DNA of 64,000 bases from a virus, in IMG/VR virus record IMGVR_UViG_3300023184_000042, positions 68,304 through 132,303 of that record; one strand, given 5' to 3'. The stretch's first letter is position 1; every line of letters starts with the position of its first letter. A program made the position numbers and the translations under genes. A model generated the notes under the pieces. That model was not told the origin of the DNA. It did no database searches and saw only the letters and a program-made list of their open reading frames with translations. Below are positions 55,302 through 63,334 of this stretch, in pieces.

Positions 55302-57121
55302 TGGCAGATACTATTTTTTATACTGCAGTAGACGGAGGAGTTACAGGAGCATTAAATGCTCGTAAAAACATATACTCAGCTGCAGTAAGAGATTCCGGAG
55401 CTCATGCATGGCTTAATCAAAAAATGGCTTATGCATCTGCAACTGCGTTTCATAAAAAAGCTGGAAGGTCAGCATCACTTCAATTAGTTGTTGGAGGAGG
55501 TATTGGAGGAAAAGGATTATATGAACCAGGTCAATCTTCAGCAGGTACTTTCAATCCAAAGCCACATATTACTTCAGTTAAAATATCTAGTGCAGGAGAT
55601 TTTGGGTCTGTATTAAAATGCGACATATCTTTTACAGTTTACAACTTAAACGATTTAGATGGTAAGCAAGCATTTTTTGATTTAGGAGCTGAAGTAAACG
55701 TAAAATATGGATGGCATAAAGATGGCGGTGCTGGCGGATCGGCCGGCAATTTCAAAGGATTTGTATATAATTTTAGTTTTCAAGTTAATTCTGTAGGTGG
55801 ATTTGATTGTGTATGCAATGCAATGGGAGAAGGAATGGCTATTTTAGGAGCCTCTGCTAATCCTGCTTCAGACGCTAAAGGAAAAGAAATTGCAGATGCT
55901 TTAGGTAACAAAGTACATGGAGATACTGTAATGGGAGCTTTAGAAGTTATAGTTGATGGGTTAGAAGGTCAGGCAGATCAAATTGTTGGGCCTGACGGAG
56001 TAGGAAATGTTAAATTTCCAGATTCATGGGGTACGGGAGCAGGAGAAGATGGCGAAGAAGCTACTCCACATTATTACGTATCTCTAGAAGCGTTTGTTAA
56101 ATTAGCAGTTGAAAAAATACATGATACTTCAGCTAAGCTTAAAGACATATCTATCAAATGTGATGGAACTGTAACAAAAGGAAATGTTCCGGCAGGAGGA
56201 TCTAATATGCTAGTATCAGGAAATCCAAAAGAAATTTTATTGCCAGAGCCTTACGCTTATTATGGAGGTAAAATGAAATTAGGATTTAATACATATCAAG
56301 GAGAATTTGGCGCCGGCGATTTAAGTAAAATCATGATTAGTATAACTCACTTAAATGATATTGTAAGTAAATTAGCAGATGATAAAGGTAACAATGCAAA
56401 ATCTGCAGATACGTCAATTGCAAAATTATTTGCTAAGATATTTGATTCTATTAACATAAATACAGGTACAAGATTTAAATTGTCTATGTCACAGAATCCT
56501 AAAAATCCTATGGAATTTTTAATTGTAGATTCTAATTATATAGACGGCACGATATCGCCATATCCTATAACAGCTGTTACTAGAGATAGTATTTGCAGAA
56601 GCATTTCATTAGTAGCTAAACTACCTTCAGAAATGGCAACAGCAGCTTATGTAGAAAATACATCCACTTCATCTCCTGCAGGCGCTGTAGTAGCTCAAAT
56701 TAATGGAGTTACTGAAAAAGACACTCCTACTAAAGGAGACCCAACAACTTCATATGCAGATGCCAGAATAAAAATAGACGCAACTGGGCCTCCTGATCCT
56801 AAAGATCCAGACGGAATTGGACCTTCACCAAAAAATGTAAATGCGTTAAGAGCTGCAATTAAAAGAATGTATACTTCAGGAGAAACTGCTAATGGCGTCA
56901 AACCTGGAACTGAAGCATTTCCAGTGCCAATTGAATTTTCATGCACTCTAGATGGAGTAAATGGATTTCTATTTGGAAATGCTATTACATGTAATTATCT
57001 TCCAGCAGCTTATAAAAAAGCTAAAATATGTTTTACTGTTACTAAAGTAGATCATAATATTTCAGGAAATGACTGGACGACAACTTTAAACACTGTTTGT
57101 AGAGTGCAACCAACATATTAA
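55301..57121 (+). CDS. Baseplate hub-like protein
   Basis: VNVKYGW, GFVYNFSF and FTVTKVDHNISGNDWTTTL; follows the LysM gene. Confidence 0.6.
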   Translation: MADTIFYTAVDGGVTGALNARKNIYSAAVRDSGAHAWLNQKMAYASATAFHKKAGRSASLQLVVGGGIGGKGLYEPGQSSAGTFNPKPHITSVKISSAGDFGSVLKCDISFTVYNLNDLDGKQAFFDLGAEVNVKYGWHKDGGAGGSAGNFKGFVYNFSFQVNSVGGFDCVCNAMGEGMAILGASANPASDAKGKEIADALGNKVHGDTVMGALEVIVDGLEGQADQIVGPDGVGNVKFPDSWGTGAGEDGEEATPHYYVSLEAFVKLAVEKIHDTSAKLKDISIKCDGTVTKGNVPAGGSNMLVSGNPKEILLPEPYAYYGGKMKLGFNTYQGEFGAGDLSKIMISITHLNDIVSKLADDKGNNAKSADTSIAKLFAKIFDSININTGTRFKLSMSQNPKNPMEFLIVDSNYIDGTISPYPITAVTRDSICRSISLVAKLPSEMATAAYVENTSTSSPAGAVVAQINGVTEKDTPTKGDPTTSYADARIKIDATGPPDPKDPDGIGPSPKNVNALRAAIKRMYTSGETANGVKPGTEAFPVPIEFSCTLDGVNGFLFGNAITCNYLPAAYKKAKICFTVTKVDHNISGNDWTTTLNTVCRVQPTY

Positions 57122-57123
57122 AA

Positions 57124-57762
57124 ATGTATATAAGAAATAAATTATATTATCCAGCTTCTCATATTGTAACTAATCTTCGAACAGATGGGTTAGAATGGAT
57201 GCTTGAAAACGGTACTGAATTCAAAGGATTTTATCATAAATACATAGATGGTACTGTATTGACAGGAGCTGTATTTCATAAATCAGATTCTAAAAAATTA
57301 ATACCTTATATTAATAAATTAGATCAGCCTAATAACTTTGAATATGATTCTATAGTCAAAAAGACAGCTATATTAGCTCCTCATTATATATTTCCAATTC
57401 CTAAATTAGATGATTATAAATCAGGCAAACTAACTAGATATTTTCTTAAAAGAAGAAATTTTTCTAGCTATCAAGATATAATTGAAATTAATAAAGATCA
57501 ATGGCTATCTTGGAAAAAACATTCAGGAGGTATAGATAATAAGTTATATACAGCTACTGAAGTTGATTGGAAATTAACAGGCCCACTTCATGATGATAAA
57601 ACATCACAAAATATTGTTTATGGTGTGTATGATACCAATCAAAGAATTGTGCTTTTAAAAGATCATGAATTTACAGGACTCAAAGATTTCCTAACTGATT
57701 ATGTAGAATTGTCCGTTCATTCCAAAGCAGTCAAAGACGACATTAAGAAATTATTTGGTTAA
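57124..57762 (+). CDS. Hypothetical protein (end of baseplate cluster)
   Basis: Intact ORF; P.PKLDDYKSG...RYF and WKLTGP. Confidence 0.6.
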   Translation: MYIRNKLYYPASHIVTNLRTDGLEWMLENGTEFKGFYHKYIDGTVLTGAVFHKSDSKKLIPYINKLDQPNNFEYDSIVKKTAILAPHYIFPIPKLDDYKSGKLTRYFLKRRNFSSYQDIIEINKDQWLSWKKHSGGIDNKLYTATEVDWKLTGPLHDDKTSQNIVYGVYDTNQRIVLLKDHEFTGLKDFLTDYVELSVHSKAVKDDIKKLFG

Positions 57763-57785
57763 AACAAAAGAATTATATATATTGT
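57754..57785 (+). promoter_or_regulatory. Bacteroidota-type promoter before DNA polymerase
   Basis: TTTG (57754-57757), 20-nt spacer, TATATTGT (57778-57785). Confidence 0.6.
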
Positions 57786-57792
57786 CTAGGTT

Positions 57793-59142
57793 ATGAAAAT
57801 TATAGAAACGAAATTAGAGTTTGAGTCATTCCTAGAAAAATCTAAAGGGTACGATTGGATTGTCGTACCCACTTACTGTAATGGCGAAAGACCAGTTTAT
57901 ACAGACTCTGTTTCAGTTGTGTATGTGTATGTTATCAATTTAGATAAAGAAGTAATGATTGTATTCAATCATACTGAAGGTCTTTCACTTTCTGAAGAAT
58001 TACTAAATGAATTTCCAGAAGATACTAAATTGTTTGTTTATGGCAAAAAGAAGTTTAAAAGATTTCTAGATCGTAAAAATATAATTGATATGAATATGGT
58101 TGAGTACTTTCATAAGAATCAACCTATTGAAGATGATTTTGATACACCTGCTCACGAGTTCTTTACAAGACACTTTGAAAAATTCAATAATCTAAATGCA
58201 ATCATTCCAATTACAAAGCATATTGAAAAGGGGCAATCTATAGCTCAAAGATTTTTAGATGTTTATGATTTCTTTCATGAAGATGTAGCCTTTACCAATT
58301 ACAATGAATTGATTTTAGATTCTCTTGCTCAAATAGAACAAAATGGATTATTCACTCATTACGATCAATACAAAAAACAATTCAAGGAAGCTCCTTTATA
58401 TGAGAACTTTGCATATACTGAATATAACATTTACACTACTACAGGAAGACCTTCAAATAGGTTTGGAGGAATAAATTATGCGGCGTTGAACAAAGACAAT
58501 GGGCAACGTGGTGCATTTTGTTCTAGGTTTGGAGAAAATGGCTTTATGCTTTCTTTTGATTACGATGCATATCACTTAAGACTTCTAGCAGAGTTAGTTG
58601 ATTATAAATTTCCAGAAGGATGTTCAGTGCATGAGTATTTAGGTAAATTTTATTTTCAAAAAGAAACTCTTACTCCGGAAGAATATTCAGAAGCTAAATC
58701 TATTTCATTTAGACAACTTTATGGTGGTATAGGTCAAGAGTATTTGGAAATTCCATTCTTTGAAAAAATACACAGATACACTCAATTAATTTGGAGTCAG
58801 TACAAAGATGAAGGGTATATTGAAACGCCTATGTTTGGAAGAAAATTGTTTAAATCATTCTTTGGTGATATGAATGCAGCAAAGCTTTTAAACTATTTAT
58901 TACAGTCTTATGAAACCGAGAGGAACATGGCCGTAATTCATAACATACTTCTACGTACAAAGGCGTATTCAAGTAAACTAATACTTTATACATACGATAG
59001 CTTCTTATACGATTTCGACAAACGAGACGGCGCTACGCTTGTTAAATTGATTCAAGAAGAATTAGAGCAGGGAGGAAAGTTTCCTGTGAAGTTGGAAATA
59101 GGCCCAGATTATAATAACATGATTGTACCAAAAAGACACTAG
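57793..59142 (+). CDS. Atypical compact family A DNA polymerase
   Basis: TTTGRPSN; motif A FDYDAYHLR; motif B AKSISFRQLYG; NYLLQS; motif C YTYDSFL. Confidence 0.8.
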   Translation: MKIIETKLEFESFLEKSKGYDWIVVPTYCNGERPVYTDSVSVVYVYVINLDKEVMIVFNHTEGLSLSEELLNEFPEDTKLFVYGKKKFKRFLDRKNIIDMNMVEYFHKNQPIEDDFDTPAHEFFTRHFEKFNNLNAIIPITKHIEKGQSIAQRFLDVYDFFHEDVAFTNYNELILDSLAQIEQNGLFTHYDQYKKQFKEAPLYENFAYTEYNIYTTTGRPSNRFGGINYAALNKDNGQRGAFCSRFGENGFMLSFDYDAYHLRLLAELVDYKFPEGCSVHEYLGKFYFQKETLTPEEYSEAKSISFRQLYGGIGQEYLEIPFFEKIHRYTQLIWSQYKDEGYIETPMFGRKLFKSFFGDMNAAKLLNYLLQSYETERNMAVIHNILLRTKAYSSKLILYTYDSFLYDFDKRDGATLVKLIQEELEQGGKFPVKLEIGPDYNNMIVPKRH

Positions 59143-59145
59143 TTA

Positions 59146-59154
59146 TATATTTAT
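59146..59154 (+). promoter_or_regulatory. Late-type motif TATATTTAT
   Basis: Upstream of the 59185-60105 gene group. Confidence 0.45.
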
Positions 59155-59184
59155 ATATGATAATATCGTTTATAAATTACAACA

Positions 59185-59568
59185 TTGGTACAATTAATTT
59201 GTTTATTTTGCTTGGAAGATTCTTTAGATCATACAGTTACTATGATTTCAAAGACTTACGAAGTTGTTTATAAACGAATATTTGTACTTTCCATAGATAG
59301 CAGTGAAGAGCTTATATGCAGTTTCAATGTTGAAAAAGGAAACCATAGAAAACAATTACCAGCAGCAATGTTGGTTCATAGAAAAAAAGAAACTAATACT
59401 TTATACACTATTAATTCTTTGAATGCTTTAATTAGAAAAGAAAATGACGGAATATTAGATAATAAATATTCTGTGGATTGGACTAAATATTCCAATGCTT
59501 TACTAGTAACTTCTAATAATGAACTAAAAGTATTAAATACTAAAGTATATCAAATTATAAATTTATAA
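59185..59568 (+). CDS. Hypothetical protein
   Basis: TTG start; LVHRKKETNTLYTINSLN. Confidence 0.65.
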   Translation: MVQLICLFCLEDSLDHTVTMISKTYEVVYKRIFVLSIDSSEELICSFNVEKGNHRKQLPAAMLVHRKKETNTLYTINSLNALIRKENDGILDNKYSVDWTKYSNALLVTSNNELKVLNTKVYQIINL

Positions 59569-59576
59569 TATTAACT

Positions 59577-59882
59577 ATGACACAATCCGAATTTAAAAAA
59601 TTAATTAGAGAAGAAATTCAAAATACTCTTCAAGAACTATCTCCACTATCAACAAATGGATGGGCCGATGGTAATTATTTACAAGCAGCTGTTGCTCGAC
59701 AACTAAACGCTGCAGGTAGCGCTTTAACCAGAAAACGCGAAGCCAATTTAAAGAAAGACATTACTGATGAAGTTATGTTGAAAAAAGAAATTGATACTAT
59801 ATTAGCTACTTATGGATTTGTTTTATCAAAAGATTTTAATAAAATTTATAAAGCTAGAAACGGAAAAGAATATAACGAATAA
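59577..59882 (+). CDS. Putative head-packaged protein
   Basis: MTQSEFKKLIREEIQNTLQE leader. Confidence 0.6.
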   Translation: MTQSEFKKLIREEIQNTLQELSPLSTNGWADGNYLQAAVARQLNAAGSALTRKREANLKKDITDEVMLKKEIDTILATYGFVLSKDFNKIYKARNGKEYNE

Positions 59883-59883
59883 T

Positions 59884-60105
59884 ATGAAAGCATCTGAATT
59901 CAAAGCTCTTATCAAAGAAGAAATAAAAAAAGCAATGAAAGAATCTGCAATGTCAGACATTGATTTAATGGCAAAAGATGCCATTACATTTAATGCGTTT
60001 GCAGTGGAATTCTTCAAAGAATATCCAAATATTAAACAAGACGAAAAAATGGGATTCATTAAATGGTTAAAAACCGTTTATACAGATGCCAAGAAAAATA
60101 AATAA
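59884..60105 (+). CDS. Putative head-packaged protein
   Basis: Start re-assigned to ATG 59884: MKASEFKALIKEEIKKAMKE. Confidence 0.6.
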   Translation: MKASEFKALIKEEIKKAMKESAMSDIDLMAKDAITFNAFAVEFFKEYPNIKQDEKMGFIKWLKTVYTDAKKNK

Positions 60106-60110
60106 AAATA

Positions 60111-60142
60111 TTAGGTGACTTCATAAGGTTACCATATATTAA
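60111..60142 (+). promoter_or_regulatory. Bacteroidota-type promoter before the SSB gene
   Basis: TTAG (60111-60114), 20-nt spacer, TATATTAA (60135-60142). Confidence 0.45.
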
Positions 60143-60156
60143 GGTTATATTAGAAG

Positions 60157-60246
60157 TTGAGAATGTAGATTGATAATTCTAGACACTCAAAATACATTAC
60201 CAATTACTAATTATTAAATATTCATTAACAATTAAATTTTAAACAC
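60157..60246 (+). promoter_or_regulatory. Putative gene-32-type translational operator
   Basis: Imperfect hairpin at 60157-60190, then a G-free tract of seven in-register heptamers up to the ATG. Confidence 0.55.
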
Positions 60247-61032
60247 ATGGCTATTAACTTAGACGCAATTAAACAGAAGTTGAACTCATTACAAAATGTA
60301 ACTTCTAAACAAAACAATTTATGGAAACCAGAACCAGGAACTCAAGTAGTTCGTATTGTGCCATATCAACACAATAGAGAGAATCCATTTATTGAACTTT
60401 ATTTCCACTATAACTTTGGTGGCAAATCAATTTTATCTCCAATGTCATTTGGTCGCCCTGACCCAATTTTAGAGTTCGGAGAAAAACTTAAATCAACAGG
60501 AAATTCAGACGATTGGAAAGCTGGTAAAAAACTAGAGCCAACAATGCGTTGTTATGTTCCAATTATCGTAAGAGGTAAAGAAGATGAAGGAGTTAAATTC
60601 TGGGGCTTTGGTAAATCAGTTTATCAAGAACTTTTAGGATTTATTGCAGATCCTGATTATGGAGATATCACAGATCCAGTTGCTGGACGTGATGTAGCAG
60701 TTGAATTCAAAGCAGCTGATCAAACAGGAAAATCATTTCCAGAAACTTCTATTCGTGTTAAACCTAACCAAACTCCAGTAACTGATAACAAATCAGTATT
60801 AGAGAAGTTAGCTAATCAACCAAAAGCGACAGACATTTTCAAAGAGTATACTTACGATGAAATGACTAAACTTTTGCATAATTGGTTAGACCCAGAAAAT
60901 GCGGCAGATGAAAATACATCATCAGCGCCAGCTAAAGAGACCAATGCTAATCAAGCATCTATCTCTGAAGCAGCTCCAGTAGCAAAAGTAGACGACGTAG
61001 CTTCAGCATTCGACAACTTATTTAACCAATAA
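60247..61032 (+). CDS. gp32: Single-stranded DNA-binding protein (T4 gp32-like)
   Basis: WKP..G...VRIVP, FWGFGKSVY and DITDPVAGRD; acidic tail DDVASAFDNLF. Confidence 0.85.
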   Translation: MAINLDAIKQKLNSLQNVTSKQNNLWKPEPGTQVVRIVPYQHNRENPFIELYFHYNFGGKSILSPMSFGRPDPILEFGEKLKSTGNSDDWKAGKKLEPTMRCYVPIIVRGKEDEGVKFWGFGKSVYQELLGFIADPDYGDITDPVAGRDVAVEFKAADQTGKSFPETSIRVKPNQTPVTDNKSVLEKLANQPKATDIFKEYTYDEMTKLLHNWLDPENAADENTSSAPAKETNANQASISEAAPVAKVDDVASAFDNLFNQ

Positions 61033-61066
61033 TATTGAGTAACCAAATGGTTTCTCTAGATTAACT

Positions 61067-62233
61067 ATGGCGAAAAAAACAACAAAACCAGTAGACGAAT
61101 CTGAGTTAGAAGATGACTTGGCTTCAGTGTTAGCTGACAACCTTAATAAGAAATTTAAAAGCTCTAATTATAAAGTAGCTTATTTTTTAGAAGGTGATAC
61201 AGACTCTCCGTCAGATGTGAATGAATGGATTTCAACCGGCTCGACAATGTTAGATTTGGCTATTTCAAATAGACCAAATGGAGGATTGCCAGTAGGAAGA
61301 ATAATTGAAATCACAGGTTTAGAAGCTTCAGGTAAATCTTTATTGGCAGCCCACGCTCTAGCAGACACTCAACGAAAAGGAGGATTAGCAGTATATATAG
61401 ATACTGAAAATGCAGTTTCTCGTGAGTTTCTAGAAGCGATAGGCATTAATTTAAAGGATATGTTATATGTTCCTTTAGATACAGTTGAAGACATATTCGA
61501 GTCAATCGAATCAATTACAGAATCTATAAGAAAAAACGCTAAAAATAGATTAGTGACTATTGTAGTGGATTCTGTAGCAGGAGCATCTACCAAGCAGGAG
61601 ATGTCAGCAGATTATGACAAAGATGGATGGGCGACGTCAAAAGCAATCATTCTATCAAAAGCAATGCGTAAAATTACCAATTTTATTGGTAGAGAGCGTA
61701 TTTGTTTAATATTTACAAATCAGTTACGTACTCGATTAGGGGTATCCTTTGGAGACCAATGGACAACTTCAGGAGGGAAAGCAATCGCATTTCACTCTTC
61801 AGTTCGTCTTCGTTTAAAATCAGTAGGGCAAATTAAATTAGCAAAATCTTCAGATGCTCCAGAGGCAGTGTTAGGAATAACAACTCGAGCTCAGGTAGTT
61901 AAAAATCGTATGGGCCCGCCTTTACGATCTGTAGATTATGAAATTTATTTTGACTCTGGAATTGACGATTACGGTTCATGGTTGACAATGTTGAAAAATC
62001 ATAATTTAGTAACTCAAGCAGGTGCATGGTATACTTATACCAACACAGACACGGGTGAAATAATCAAATTTCAATCTAAAGATTTTCAAAAGAAATTAAT
62101 GGATGATCCTGAAATGAAAGAGCAAGTATACAGAACAATTTGTGAAAAGTATATTATTAATTACAAAGCTGGAGAACATTTCGGTGTAGATGACATTGAA
62201 ATTGAAACAGAGTTTGAAGGAGAAGATTCTTAA
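61067..62233 (+). CDS. recA: RecA/UvsX recombinase
   Basis: ISTGS..LD, GRIIEITGLEASGKS, YIDTE, IVVDSVA, FTNQLR, GGKAIAFHSSVR and VKNR. Confidence 0.95.
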   Translation: MAKKTTKPVDESELEDDLASVLADNLNKKFKSSNYKVAYFLEGDTDSPSDVNEWISTGSTMLDLAISNRPNGGLPVGRIIEITGLEASGKSLLAAHALADTQRKGGLAVYIDTENAVSREFLEAIGINLKDMLYVPLDTVEDIFESIESITESIRKNAKNRLVTIVVDSVAGASTKQEMSADYDKDGWATSKAIILSKAMRKITNFIGRERICLIFTNQLRTRLGVSFGDQWTTSGGKAIAFHSSVRLRLKSVGQIKLAKSSDAPEAVLGITTRAQVVKNRMGPPLRSVDYEIYFDSGIDDYGSWLTMLKNHNLVTQAGAWYTYTNTDTGEIIKFQSKDFQKKLMDDPEMKEQVYRTICEKYIINYKAGEHFGVDDIEIETEFEGEDS

Positions 62234-62236
62234 GTT

Positions 62237-63295
62237 ATGATGAAAGGTTACGCTGATTTATTGAAACAAATTCGCGAAGACCACGAAAAACAGAACTCAG
62301 GCTTAGGCAAAGACAGTAAAGTGTTAATTGTCGACGGCCTGAATTCTTTTATTCGTTGTTTTAGTGCGGTGCCATTAGTCAATGACGATGGCGACCATAT
62401 AGGAGGTTATGTAGGATTCATGAGATCTATAGCTGCTGTTATTAGACAATTCAAACCAACTAGGTGTATAATTGTGTTTGACGGTAAAGGAGGCTCTGCA
62501 AGGAGAAAGAAAATGCACTCTGGTTATAAAGAAGGTAGATCAGTGCCAACTCGTTTTAACAGACGAGATGATATCGGAGACATGACTCAAGAACAAGAAT
62601 TACAAAATATGCGTCATCAGATGCATAAATTATCTGAGTACTTACAATGTTTGCCAATGACACTTATTTCCATTGACAATATTGAAGCAGATGATACTAT
62701 TGCTTATTTAGCGACTGAAGTTTTTCGACCTAAAGATAGTGAAGTAATCATAATGTCAGATGATAAAGACTTTATTCAATTAGTAGATGCTAAAACTTCA
62801 GTATGGAGGCCAGTAGAAAAGAAATACTACACTCAACCAGAAGTAGAAGCTAAATTTGGAATACCTTCTCATAACTTTATACATTATAAAGTATTCATGG
62901 GAGATAATTCAGATAACATCAAAGGTATTAATGGAATAGGTATTAAAACATTACAAGCAAAATTTCCAATGCTTTTAACTGACCAAACAGTTACATTGGA
63001 AGAAATTATAGCCTTTGCACAAGCGAACAAAGACGCACACAAAGTCTATAAGACAGTCGTGGACTCAGAGTCCCAGTTAAGACTTAATTGGGCACTTATG
63101 TCATTAGAAGATTTAGATATAGCTGCTAATTACAAAGGTATTATTGCTGACATTGCTCAAAGAGATATACCGCCTATGGACACTTTTAAATTTAAAAAGA
63201 TGTTTATGGAAGACAAAATATATGCCGTAATTCCAAATGTAGATTCCTGGCTAACAAGTAGCTTTGGAACAATTACAGCTTTTGGTCAAAAATAA
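62237..63295 (+). CDS. 5'-3' exonuclease/flap nuclease (T4 RNase H / Pol I N-terminal-like)
   Basis: IVDGLN, VFDG, YKEGR, EADDTI, SDDKDFIQL and GDNSDNIKGINGIGIKT. Confidence 0.93.
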   Translation: MMKGYADLLKQIREDHEKQNSGLGKDSKVLIVDGLNSFIRCFSAVPLVNDDGDHIGGYVGFMRSIAAVIRQFKPTRCIIVFDGKGGSARRKKMHSGYKEGRSVPTRFNRRDDIGDMTQEQELQNMRHQMHKLSEYLQCLPMTLISIDNIEADDTIAYLATEVFRPKDSEVIIMSDDKDFIQLVDAKTSVWRPVEKKYYTQPEVEAKFGIPSHNFIHYKVFMGDNSDNIKGINGIGIKTLQAKFPMLLTDQTVTLEEIIAFAQANKDAHKVYKTVVDSESQLRLNWALMSLEDLDIAANYKGIIADIAQRDIPPMDTFKFKKMFMEDKIYAVIPNVDSWLTSSFGTITAFGQK

Positions 63296-63327
63296 TTTGT
63301 ATGGTTCAAATGAATTTAATATATTTA
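63296..63327 (+). promoter_or_regulatory. Bacteroidota-type promoter before helicase
   Basis: TTTG (63296-63299), 20-nt spacer, TATATTTA (63320-63327). Confidence 0.6.
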
Positions 63328-63334
63328 GGTTAAT

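Noticed and set aside
43254-57121. Stand-alone contractile injection system or tailocin
   Set aside because: Capsid, portal, terminase, protease and replication genes are contiguous, so this is a complete phage
5547-61593. All minus-strand ORFs in the supplied track
   Set aside because: They are short, lie antisense to well-supported + strand genes, and show no recognisable motifs or promoters; they are shadow ORFs
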